A stretch of 64,000 bases of DNA from an uncultured Dehalococcoidia bacterium (GCA_958295865.1 CATQHF010000004.1:576379-640378); one strand, 5' to 3'. Positions 46,573-55,435 are shown, numbered from the stretch's first letter. The notes: generated by a model not told the origin, from the letters alone. Made by a program: numbers and translations.

Positions 46573-47168
46573 GATTTCCTTTCTGTCAGCGAACTAGCGT
46601 CATTCCCGCAGCGGCAGCAGCCCCTGCGCGCAGCCCGCCCAATGCCACCCGCACAACCCTCCCGTCCCAACCCAAAGCCGCGCCGCACCCCCATTCTACA
46701 ACAGCCACCCCCTCCACCGACAAGAATTAGCCATCCGATTCCCGCACCCGCAAGAGCAACCGCCCCGTCACCCCCACCCCTTCCCGTTCGCAGTGAGCAT
46801 CTTCTTTTCCGTCCGTGGTGAGCCTGTCGAACCACCCCTCCGAGCGCACTCCCACTCGCCCCCACCCCGTCATTCCTGCGAAAGAACATCACCCCTGCGA
46901 AAGCAGGGCAAGGAATCCAGAGCCTCAAAAGCACACCCAAGCACAAACACCCCCGCCATTCCGAGCCTCCCATCCCATCATTCCGAGCAATTTTCATTGC
47001 CATCCCGAACGCCCCTCTCCCTGTCATTCCGAACAGCGTGAGGAATCAAAAATCCCAATCCACCAAACACCTAAACCTCAACAACCACCCTAGCGCTCCG
47101 GCTCGCCATCAGCCCGCCAAACATCGCACACCAACCCTAACCAATTCTTAATTCCTAATTCTTAATTG

Positions 47169-47499
47169 GAGAAAGTCCCTTCCCCCTTGATGTAGGAAGG
47201 TTGCCTGCTGTCAAGCGCAATCCGACGGCGTGATTGTCCCTTCCCCCTTTGGGGGAAGGTTAGGATGGGGGCGAAAACGCCCGCCCATCGACGGCTAATC
47301 CGTACTAATGCAATTTTCTCTAAGCCAACAGCCTCCCCATTCAGATACCAAGCCCTTCCATCATCCCCCCTCCCTCCCCCGGTCATTCCTGCTTTCGCAG
47401 GCATCCAGAGCCTTGAGATAGCCTACAATATGCGAAAGCGCCTATATCCTGAAACTCCATTCCCATTCTCACGGAAATGACGCAAATGCCCACGCAACC
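47169..47499. repeat. MITE-A copy plus MITE-B fragment, near-identical to 43950..44211
   Basis: The same sequence lies downstream of the previous gene. By eye there are only two mismatches over about 190 nt (47319..47508 vs 44031..44220). Confidence 0.85.
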
Positions 47500-49911
47500 C
47501 TATTCAGTTAGGCGTATCTCCCCCTCCCACAGATGCTGAAAGCCGCCATTCACAAGCACAAACTGCCCCGTGCGGATTGCGCCGATGTCGTAGTCGGGCA
47601 GGGGAACGGTCGCCACGCAGTCCCCATCGACTATCTTGCCAGGCTGATCGAAGATGAAGTCCAAGTTGTCAAACCCGTGTTGCTTGCGGTCGTCGGGCAG
47701 GTCTTCTACATCAATCGGGTCGATGTGCAAGAAGAAGGTTGCGGCGGTGTCAGCCTCGACGCACTGCTCTTTGGCGTAGATAAGCCCGTTTTCGATGAGA
47801 TACACATCGAAGTTGGAGCTGATGACGGGCGCATCGTTGTCGGCAAGACGCGCGATATAGTCGTCCACCGACATCGCCTCGCCCCGAATGGACTCCACCT
47901 CCCAAAGATTATCGAAGCCGCCGTCCACTTGCACATACTGTCCCGTGCGAATTGCGGCGATGTCGTAGTCGGGGAGAGGGACTCTCACCACACATGTGCC
48001 CTCGAATATCGCGCCGCGCCCGTCGAATCTGAAGTCGCGGTTGTCAAAGCCGTACTGCTTGCGGTCGTCGGGTAGGTCAGCCACATCAGCGGGAACCAAG
48101 TGCAGAAAGAAGCTCGCATCCGTGTCCGCGCGGTCGCACGGCTCCTTAGCGTAGGTCAGCGTGTTGTCGCTGATGTAGATGTCAAAGTCGGCGCGGATGA
48201 CTGGTTCGCCGGATACCAGCGCCTCATAAGCGGAACGCTCCGCCGCTTCGACCGACTCTTTGAACTCTTTGGCGTCCGCAATCAGAAAGAGAGCGAACCG
48301 TCCGTCAGTAATGACTGGCTCGGCTAGAATTTGCTCTTCCAGTAGTTCTAATTTCGCCAGTGCCTCTTTCCTATCATGGACGAAGAAGATTCTATTTGGG
48401 ACAGTGGGAAGCGAGACTAATGAATTTGCCATCTCACGAAGACACGGTTCGAAGGAGTCCCTGCACGGAGAGGTTCCATAGTAGTAATTTGCCGGTCTTC
48501 CTTCTTTTCCTTGATAGAATTGCATGATTGGGATTACTCTCCCGTAAAAATAAACCATATCCTCTTCCCATCCCGGTTCTTTCAGCACGGCACGAATGGA
48601 ATGAATGTTTTGATTTGTCTTGTACAAACTATACTGCCTTATGTCGCCGACTCCGGCAAGCACAATTGCGCCGGCGACCGCGACGGCAAGCGCCGGAGCC
48701 ACCCACGCTCGGCGCGTCAGCGTGGACAGACTATCGATTACCCAATGGACGGAGACGCCGGCGGCAAGAAATATGACCGGCCCCAGATAGATACCAATGT
48801 GAGTGTACCCAAGCGGATATATCCCCAGCACGGCGGCAGCGGCGGAAACCGCGATGCACAACGCAAATAAGACTGCGATGGCGCTGACTTGAAGATTTCC
48901 CTGAAACCTTCTGATAAACGGCGTGACGAGGAGGAGCGCGAGCGCGGCAAGCGCGGCTATCGCCAAGAACCCCGGCAAATGATAGGTCAGCAAACCCCAA
49001 ATCCCATCAACCGAGAACTCAAAGATAGGGAGCGCCCCCAATTCTCCCTGATAGTAATACGCTGACAGATAGCCATCCGAGCCGAAGCTCTCGTTCTCTA
49101 AGTGATAGCGCACAGTCATCAAGTAGCTGATGATACTTCCCGCAAGAAAGCACGCTGCGGGCAAGAGCAGCGCGATGCGCGACTTGAGCCAATTACGAAT
49201 TCGGCTCGGGTATGCGTTCCATTCAGGCTCTGCCAAAGTCGTGGGCGACAGAACCACAGCGGCGGCAATGACCGCGACGCCGAACAGAACCAAGCCGTAC
49301 TGAAGCAGCGGCGCGAGAAACAGCGCAACGCAAAGCAGAGCCTTCCTGCCGTCCCGCAGATACCACAGCAGCCCCGCTATCATCAGCGCGGCAAGCAGCG
49401 CGTCGATGGAGTATTCGCGCGCATCCTGAGCGTGCCATATTGCTTGGACGGAAAACGTGGCGAGCAGGGCAGCCAGAAACGCCGCCCACCGAGTGACCCC
49501 AAGGCGCGGCAGCAAAAAGAGCATCACGGCGACAGTCAGAACGCTTGCCGTCGCCGGAAGAACGCGGACGCTGAAGGGCGTGCTCCGGACTTTCTGCACC
49601 GCCCACAGCGCCAAGGGATAAAGTATAGGCGATGAGTTCCTGTAGCGGGTATTGGGGATTACTTCCGAGAGGGCGCCACCCGAATTATTGGCGGCAATCG
49701 CTTCGTCAGGCCGTATAGAATCCCCCGGCAGGTCATAGAAGCGCAACCCCGCCGCCAACAGCAGCAGGCACACGCACGCCGCAAGAACCAGCCGTTCCGA
49801 AGAACACCATGGAGGAGGCGAAATACCCCCCCCCGTCGTACCGATGTTCTGATAACGAGCAGTCAGCGCCCGCCGCATGCTATTCAGCATACGCAGCAAA
49901 GTCCCCTTCAT
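47500..49911 (-). CDS. ArnT/PMT-like (GT-C fold, family 39/83-type) membrane glycosyltransferase with two copies of the unknown C-terminal module
   Basis: 803 aa with about 12 TM helices. The first-loop acidic motif is LRFYDLPGDSIRPDEAIAANN. The soluble C-terminal half ends in two ~105-aa repeats homologous to the tail of 44212..46572. Confidence 0.75.
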   Translation of the reverse strand: MKGTLLRMLNSMRRALTARYQNIGTTGGGISPPPWCSSERLVLAACVCLLLLAAGLRFYDLPGDSIRPDEAIAANNSGGALSEVIPNTRYRNSSPILYPLALWAVQKVRSTPFSVRVLPATASVLTVAVMLFLLPRLGVTRWAAFLAALLATFSVQAIWHAQDAREYSIDALLAALMIAGLLWYLRDGRKALLCVALFLAPLLQYGLVLFGVAVIAAAVVLSPTTLAEPEWNAYPSRIRNWLKSRIALLLPAACFLAGSIISYLMTVRYHLENESFGSDGYLSAYYYQGELGALPIFEFSVDGIWGLLTYHLPGFLAIAALAALALLLVTPFIRRFQGNLQVSAIAVLFALCIAVSAAAAVLGIYPLGYTHIGIYLGPVIFLAAGVSVHWVIDSLSTLTRRAWVAPALAVAVAGAIVLAGVGDIRQYSLYKTNQNIHSIRAVLKEPGWEEDMVYFYGRVIPIMQFYQGKEGRPANYYYGTSPCRDSFEPCLREMANSLVSLPTVPNRIFFVHDRKEALAKLELLEEQILAEPVITDGRFALFLIADAKEFKESVEAAERSAYEALVSGEPVIRADFDIYISDNTLTYAKEPCDRADTDASFFLHLVPADVADLPDDRKQYGFDNRDFRFDGRGAIFEGTCVVRVPLPDYDIAAIRTGQYVQVDGGFDNLWEVESIRGEAMSVDDYIARLADNDAPVISSNFDVYLIENGLIYAKEQCVEADTAATFFLHIDPIDVEDLPDDRKQHGFDNLDFIFDQPGKIVDGDCVATVPLPDYDIGAIRTGQFVLVNGGFQHLWEGEIRLTE

Positions 49912-50187
49912 GTCAGCAAACTAGCGTCATTCCCCCAGCGCAGCAGCCCCAATTACACACAGCCCGCACAATGCCACCCGCACAACCCTCCAACCATCCC
50001 AACCCACAGCCGCGCCGCACCCCCATTCTACAACAGCCACCCCCTCCACCGACAAGAATTAGCCATCCGATTCCCGCACCCGCAAGAACAACCGCCCCGT
50101 CACCCCCACCTACTCCCCGTTCGCAGTGAGCATCTTCTTTTCCGTTCGTGGTGAGCCTGTCGAACCACCCTTTCATGAATTCCCAAA

Positions 50188-50320
50188 GAGAAAATTGCAT
50201 TAGCCCCTTCCCCCTTGATGGAGGAAGGTTGCCTGCTGTCAAGCGCAATCCGACGGCGTGATTGTCCCTTCCCCCAGAGGGGGAAGGTTAGGATGGGGGC
50301 GAAAACGCTTGCCAATCGAC
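50188..50320. mobile_element. MITE-A copy lacking the right terminus
   Basis: gagaaaattgcattagccccttcccccttgatggaggaagg + linker ttgcctgctgtcaagcgcaatccgacggcgtgatt + second hairpin + ttaggatgggggcgaaaacgcttgccaatcgac, after which homology ends. Confidence 0.7.
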
Positions 50321-50519
50321 CTCCATGTCATCCCGACCATCTTTCTCTGTCATTCCGAACGCAGTGAGGAATCAAAAATCCCCGCACACAACCAACCCAC
50401 AATCCCAACCGCCATCCCATCCATCCATCTCATCCCCAATTCGTTCGTGGTGAGCCTGTCGAACCACCCGTCCCCCAATTCTTAATTCCTAATTTTTAAT
50501 TTTTAATTGAAAATCACCC

Positions 50520-50548
50520 TTGACACCACCCAAACCCTCACCTATACT
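50520..50548 (+). promoter_or_regulatory. Near-consensus sigma70-type promoter with an AT-rich upstream element
   Basis: TTGACA (50520..50525), a 17-nt spacer, then TATACT (50543..50548). It is preceded by aattcttaattcctaatttttaatttttaattgaaaatc and lies about 90 nt upstream of the ATG at 50640. Confidence 0.45.
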
Positions 50549-50639
50549 ACCTGCAAGAACATAAGTTGTATATCAAGCACGAACAACCTAACACCTAATC
50601 CCTGACAATCCAAAACCCTGAAAACCTTGGGAAAAACCA

Positions 50640-51449
50640 ATGAACCAACCAACCCCCATAAACCAGCACCAACAGGACAGCCAGGACAGTCATGCCCAAC
50701 ATGACCACCTGGACAACAGGCATTGCGCGACCGCCATCGAGCACCTCCAGCACCTAGTCCACCAAGAAACAGACAACGGCAGAACCATCATACGCAGCAT
50801 CGTCTCCATCATGACCGGCGACGACCAAGACTCCACGCCCCACCACAGACTCCAAGCCGCCCGCCTGCTGCTAAAACTAGGCTTCCAAGAAGCCGAAGCA
50901 CTCATCAACAGCCTCAGCTCCAAGATGGAACGGCAGGCACAGAAAGAAGACGCCCAAGGAGAGAACGGCCCCACCCAGGCAGTCAGCCCCGAACACGAAA
51001 GGCTGAACAAAAAGCTCGTCGCCCGCATCCGAGTGGAGACCGGCGAAGGCGCGAGCATAGTCAGAATCCTGAACGAAGTGCTGGAAGGACGCGACCGAGA
51101 CGCCAAGCCAAGGGACAGGATAGAAGCCGCCAAAGTCCTGCTCAGCTGGGGCTTCGGCAACCCGTCCACCCCCGACCCTGAGTTCATGTCCTACTACTCC
51201 CCCTGCCACCCCGACTGCATCTGCGCCTGCCGCGACTTGGATGAAGACCACCCCGCCGTAGTCGAGAGCCATGCGCCTGTATCCGAAGCGCACATGAAAG
51301 AAGTAGCCGAAGCAGAGCGAATAGAAGAAAAAGCGGCAGAGAGCGCAAGGCAAATCTCCCAGGGACACACCGACTACCTATCAGAGATAAGCCACCTGCC
51401 CGGCAACAAAAAGCCCCGCCGCCCCGAACGCCACCCACCCTTCCGCTGA
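50640..51449 (+). CDS. Hypothetical protein with two internal helical repeats
   Basis: 269 aa. The two repeats are DNGRTIIRSIVSIMTGDDQDSTPHHRLQAARLLLKLGF and GEGASIVRILNEVLEGRDRDAKPRDRIEAAKVLLSWGF. The N-terminus is His/Gln-rich and there is a Cys cluster, CHPDCICAC. Confidence 0.6.
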   Translation: MNQPTPINQHQQDSQDSHAQHDHLDNRHCATAIEHLQHLVHQETDNGRTIIRSIVSIMTGDDQDSTPHHRLQAARLLLKLGFQEAEALINSLSSKMERQAQKEDAQGENGPTQAVSPEHERLNKKLVARIRVETGEGASIVRILNEVLEGRDRDAKPRDRIEAAKVLLSWGFGNPSTPDPEFMSYYSPCHPDCICACRDLDEDHPAVVESHAPVSEAHMKEVAEAERIEEKAAESARQISQGHTDYLSEISHLPGNKKPRRPERHPPFR

Positions 51450-51587
51450 CAGCGGCGGCGGCAGTCGCCCCGATAACTTGTGGGTTGCAGCGGCAACGGA
51501 GCGAACACCCCTCACCGCCTCCAATTCGTTGTCCTGAGCCAGCCGAAGGGCGAACCATCCTTCTGCCCTGGAATTAAGGGAAAGCGT

Positions 51588-52175
51588 TCACTTGCAGTTG
51601 ACGCGCTCGTAGAATTCGCTGGCTAGGCGGATTGTTTCAGCGATTTCGGACGCGCTGCGGATGCGCGGCTTGTAGGCGTCCGGGTGGCTGGTGCCGCTTG
51701 GGCCAGTGTATTCCACGGCGACGGCGATGCGCTCCTTGACCTTCTCGATTTCGTCTTCGGGTTTTGTGGAGAAGAGCATGGCGTCGCACATGGCGAAGTG
51801 CCACATAGCTTGCATCTGCCCGTAGTTAAAGTGCTCGTCGTACTCGGATGGCGGCTGGCGCGCGAGGACTTCGGCGTCGGCGCTGCTGGCGATTTGCAGG
51901 TAGGCGAGCGTGAGCAGGACTGCCAGCGCCACCACCAGCACGGAGGTTATGAATGGATGGATGATGGCGAGTCGCAGCAGTCGCTTCGCGCGGGACATAT
52001 CTATGGGACGATCCAGGGGGCGCGGCGGCGGCTGTCGAAGTTCGAGTGCGTCGGGCGCGGCTTCACTTCTGTTCGCAAGCAGGCGATAGCCCAGGATGAA
52101 GAGCGCGACCAGTCCGGTCACCAGCAGCAGCGCGGCAAACGGGCGGGAGGCGGTGGTTTGCGATTCCTGTTTCAT
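51588..52175 (-). CDS. Hypothetical membrane protein (two TM segments)
   Basis: I prefer the start at MKQESQ (52175), because the track start (TTG at 52226) lies inside a terminator-like hairpin. I recognised no family. Confidence 0.5.
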   Translation of the reverse strand: MKQESQTTASRPFAALLLVTGLVALFILGYRLLANRSEAAPDALELRQPPPRPLDRPIDMSRAKRLLRLAIIHPFITSVLVVALAVLLTLAYLQIASSADAEVLARQPPSEYDEHFNYGQMQAMWHFAMCDAMLFSTKPEDEIEKVKERIAVAVEYTGPSGTSHPDAYKPRIRSASEIAETIRLASEFYERVNCK

Positions 52176-52210
52176 GCTAGTGCGTGATTTCTCAGTCAAC
52201 TCAACATAAA

Positions 52211-52240
52211 ATAGGGGTACGCGCAATTGCGTACCCCTAT
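52211..52240 (-). terminator. Candidate intrinsic terminator after the 61-aa gene
   Basis: A 12-bp perfect stem (ataggggtacgc / gcgtacccctat) with a 6-nt loop. On the minus strand it is followed by tttatgtt. It lies 30 nt downstream of the stop at 52271. Confidence 0.5.
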
Positions 52241-52270
52241 ATTCAATAACCCGATTCGTGAGTGGCTTTG

Positions 52271-52456
52271 CTACTCAGGCTTGTGCTTCTCGATGAGGGC
52301 GACTGCGCGGTCGTCCAAGCCCGCGAGCGACTTGCCGGCGTCGTAGTAGGCGATGCCGAGATCAACATCACGGTGTATCTGCTCGAAATCGCGCTTGCCC
52401 TGCCATTCGCTTTTGAGTTCGGCGAACAGCGCCTCTATCTGTGGCCTCTGGAACAT
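52271..52456 (-). CDS. Hypothetical small protein
   Basis: 61 aa, with SD gagga 6 nt upstream of the ATG. A terminator-like hairpin lies downstream. I recognised no family. Confidence 0.5.
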   Translation of the reverse strand: MFQRPQIEALFAELKSEWQGKRDFEQIHRDVDLGIAYYDAGKSLAGLDDRAVALIEKHKPE

Positions 52457-52589
52457 TCTTTTTTCCTCTGACTCAACAGGGTATAGAGGATGCCCCTAAC
52501 CGGGGCATTCGTCCTCCATTCCTTCGCTTGCTATCAGGGCAGGCGCGGGGCCTGCCCCTGTTTTGCCCAAGAAGGGATTGGCCTAGCCG

Positions 52590-53852
52590 CTACTCGTCGC
52601 CGCGGGTGGTGCCGCCTTCGTCGAGGATCTTCTTCAGCTCGACCGCGAAGTCCATAATCTCCTCTGTGGGGAGCATTTCGTTCTCGATCTTCTCCTTGAA
52701 CTCCTCGAAGAGCCACTCTTCCCTGCGGCCGTGAGGAATCTCAAAGAACTGGCGGTTGAACTGCGGCAGGCTGCCGGGGCCGAAGTAGCCCTTTTCGGGA
52801 ATCTCGTAGCCTTCGAGATTGTGCGTGCCTTTGCCGAGCACCTCGCCGGTGTCAACATAGTGCTGCATGACGGACGGCGCGCCGTACTTTTGGATGGGGC
52901 AGACCTTCATGCAGACGCCGCAGCCGTCGTAGCGCGCCATGACGGGGCGGCAACGTTCGTAGATGAGCTTGTTCTTTTCCGCGCCGCGCCACCAGACCTT
53001 TTCCTTGACGAGGGCGCGACCGGGGCAGCGGTTCACGCAAACCTGACAGATCTGGCAGAAGTTGTGCAAGCCGTAGTCGATAGGCTCGTCGTAGGTTACG
53101 GGGGCGTCGGTGGTAATCATAGCCAGTCGCGCCCTAGAGCCGAAGTGCGGCGAAAGCAGCTGGCCGTTCGCGCCGAGCTGGCCTAGGCCGGCGGCGACGA
53201 ACATGGGAATATAGACGCCGCTATTGTCGTTGGGGCTGTGCACCTGGGCGTGGTAGCCGAGGCTGCGGATGTAGTCGGCGAGGTCGAGCGCGAGCGCGCC
53301 TTCAATCTCATAGGTGCCGAAGTGGGCGAACTCAGCCTCGAGGCTGGGTATCGTCTGTGTCTGGTAGTAGTCCTGCTCAAGCGCGAGGCAGATGGTGTGC
53401 TCGTACTTGACCCAGCGCTTCTTGCTGGCGTAGGCGTACTTGTGGTCGAACTTGGTGAAGCCGACTTCGCCGAAGCCAAGCTCACGCGCCTTGAGGTGGA
53501 TGTCGGCGGTCATGTCCTTGCCGACCTCGGGGGCTGCCGTGGGCGCGATGTCGCCGGTAAGCAGCGAGGCGTCCACTAGGGGCTGGTTAATCTCGTCGTG
53601 GCGCTCGCGGTACTTGAGCACTTCCTCGGTATAGACCGACCAGACCCATTCGCGGTCGGCGGCTTTCTCGATGTTCTGCGACTCTACGGGGTAAACCCGG
53701 CTGTAGAATGAGACATCCTCGTCCCGCTTTGGTATGCCCGGCACTGTCGCCAGGTCATCGGCGACAGGTATCTCTACATCGGGAAGCCCGTGGAGTCTCC
53801 CCGGCCTCTTAACGACATGGCTTACGCGCTTCTTCGGAACTTCTTTAAGCAT
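52590..53852 (-). CDS. Reductive-dehalogenase/epoxyqueuosine-reductase-like protein with two 4Fe-4S motifs
   Basis: 420 aa. The C-terminal motifs are CQICQVCVNRCP and CGVCMKVCP. The preceding region (GFTKFDHKYAY...VAAGLGQLGANGQLLSPHFGSR) resembles the RdhA/QueG core. There is no Tat signal and no adjacent anchor gene. SD gggaggga. Confidence 0.6.
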   Translation of the reverse strand: MLKEVPKKRVSHVVKRPGRLHGLPDVEIPVADDLATVPGIPKRDEDVSFYSRVYPVESQNIEKAADREWVWSVYTEEVLKYRERHDEINQPLVDASLLTGDIAPTAAPEVGKDMTADIHLKARELGFGEVGFTKFDHKYAYASKKRWVKYEHTICLALEQDYYQTQTIPSLEAEFAHFGTYEIEGALALDLADYIRSLGYHAQVHSPNDNSGVYIPMFVAAGLGQLGANGQLLSPHFGSRARLAMITTDAPVTYDEPIDYGLHNFCQICQVCVNRCPGRALVKEKVWWRGAEKNKLIYERCRPVMARYDGCGVCMKVCPIQKYGAPSVMQHYVDTGEVLGKGTHNLEGYEIPEKGYFGPGSLPQFNRQFFEIPHGRREEWLFEEFKEKIENEMLPTEEIMDFAVELKKILDEGGTTRGDE

Positions 53853-53893
53853 CTGTTATGACTCCCTCCCGCAGATTTTTGGATGCTTGGGCG

Positions 53894-53922
53894 AGTTTAC
53901 GCCCATTTTAGGCTTATGTCAA
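53894..53922 (-). promoter_or_regulatory. Candidate sigma70-type promoter for the RdhA-like gene
   Basis: On the minus strand: TTGACA, a 17-nt spacer, then TAAACT. It is preceded by the AT-rich tataaaattaaaaaatgatgagtattcaat, and the -10 box ends about 40 nt upstream of the ATG. Confidence 0.45.
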
Positions 53923-54005
53923 GATTGAATACTCATCATTTTTTAATTTTATAGAGCGGGGCGGATGGTCAGGATAGGGGTGACTTTACGCTGCCGCATT
54001 GTTTT

Positions 54006-54620
54006 TCAAGTCAGCCACATTCCAATTACCAACAACGACACTATGGCGACAGCTATGGCGGATACGGATACCAATTTTTCCCGCGCTGATAACTTTCTCG
54101 GGTAGTCGGATTTTTCCAGTCGCGGTTTGCTGCCCTCGGATTGGTTCGATGGCACAAGGTTATACTGCCTCCGAAAAACCCAGTACAGTAGCGGGAGCCA
54201 GAACAGCACCCGCATTACATCCGTAACAAAAAGAGCGAGATTTATCTTGCCATCATCATCCATCCACGAGTCATTCAGGCTGAGGTACAGCGCTATGCCC
54301 ATCAGTATTATGAAACCAGCCCTCGTCCAGAGTCCCGTTCGCGTAGTTTCCTGCGGCATATCCCAAAGTTTCAGAAGTTTCATGGGATAGGATGCTTCTT
54401 TGGGTGGATGCTTGGTTTCTCTGTGAGCGGCGACGAAAGCGCTAACAAAAACCGCTGTCGCAATCAAAAATACTGCCGCTAAGCCGTATCTCTCCGCGCT
54501 TATCAACTCCCAAAGAAAGTCGCCTACGATGAAAAGAAAGACAGCGACAATCGCTAAAAGACCTTTGTTCTTTGCGATAAATGCCAATCGCTTGCTCATG
54601 CCCGTATGCCTTGAGGTCAT
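54006..54620 (-). CDS. Hypothetical 5-TM membrane protein
   Basis: 204 aa with lower G+C. Its start overlaps the stop of the upstream gene (ATGA). Its architecture is similar to that of the 54617..55222 product. Confidence 0.6.
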   Translation of the reverse strand: MTSRHTGMSKRLAFIAKNKGLLAIVAVFLFIVGDFLWELISAERYGLAAVFLIATAVFVSAFVAAHRETKHPPKEASYPMKLLKLWDMPQETTRTGLWTRAGFIILMGIALYLSLNDSWMDDDGKINLALFVTDVMRVLFWLPLLYWVFRRQYNLVPSNQSEGSKPRLEKSDYPRKLSAREKLVSVSAIAVAIVSLLVIGMWLT

Positions 54621-55222
54621 CTCAGGTTTAGCCAGCTTGCCAGACCAATGAATACAATCATTACCAGCCCAACATAGAGGGCGGACAGCAGCTTCGACCC
54701 GTATATGCTTTTCATATCCGCGTCGAATTCCAGTAGATGCTGTGTGCCAGATTCATTTTGAACCTCGATTTGCCGATAGCGCCGTCGTATGAAGCAGTAT
54801 CTTTGTGGCACAAGGATGAAAAATGCTATTCCGGCCACAATAATTGGCGTTATGAGAGATTCGAAGCCGGCTACAATCAAAAACAAAGCGCCTCCGACGG
54901 AGAGGAATAGATAGAAAATTGTAGCAAGCGCGACTTGCTCCCAAAGTTCCCTCCGGGTGATCGTCTTCGGCATCGTGTCTGTACGCAAAAACCTTGTGAG
55001 TTTGTTCGGCTTGTTTCGTGTGCGATGGAGATAGACACGAATAATCAAATCGACGACGACAGCTCCGACTAGGAAAGCCACCAGTAGATACTTGTTCAGT
55101 AGATACTTGTTGGAGTCGGAGTATCGGATCATCCACCATCCGATAAGGGCTATAATGAAATATAAGGATAGGGACTTAACCCACTCTGTTCGGGTCATCA
55201 TGGCTTTCTGTTCCTCGTTCAT
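54617..55222 (-). CDS. Hypothetical 5-TM membrane protein
   Basis: 201 aa with lower G+C. The order of hydrophobic and basic segments is the same as in the 54006..54620 product (HRTRNKPNK vs HRETKHPPK, MPKTITRRELW vs MPQETTRTGLW). Confidence 0.6.
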   Translation of the reverse strand: MNEEQKAMMTRTEWVKSLSLYFIIALIGWWMIRYSDSNKYLLNKYLLVAFLVGAVVVDLIIRVYLHRTRNKPNKLTRFLRTDTMPKTITRRELWEQVALATIFYLFLSVGGALFLIVAGFESLITPIIVAGIAFFILVPQRYCFIRRRYRQIEVQNESGTQHLLEFDADMKSIYGSKLLSALYVGLVMIVFIGLASWLNLR

Positions 55223-55273
55223 CAGGTCATTCGCGGGGGTATTTTCTTCTATCTCATATAGACGGCGCGCTTA

Positions 55274-55425
55274 GGGTGTGTGGGCATTTGCGTCATTCCC
55301 GTGAAAACGGGAATCCAGAACCTCAGTCAGAATGTAGGTACTTTCGCATATTCTAGGCTATTCTCAAGGCGCTGGATTCCTGCTTTCACAGGAATGGCGG
55401 GTGAGCGGGCGGGAATGACGGGGTG
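55274..55425. mobile_element. MITE-B copy (reverse orientation, one terminus recognisable)
   Basis: TA followed by gggtgtgtgggcatttgcgtcattcccgtgaaaacgggaatccagaacc...ctaggctattctcaaggcgctggattcctgctttcacaggaatg. Confidence 0.7.
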
Positions 55426-55435
55426 AAAATGTGCC

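Noticed and set aside
46510-47093. Pro-rich ORFs (46510..46821, 46793..47041, 46815..47093, 49809..50129) in the regions upstream of the two envelope genes.
   Set aside because: They are read from the C-rich strand of non-coding repeat or leader sequence. They are duplicated together with the leader, have low complexity and lack start context.
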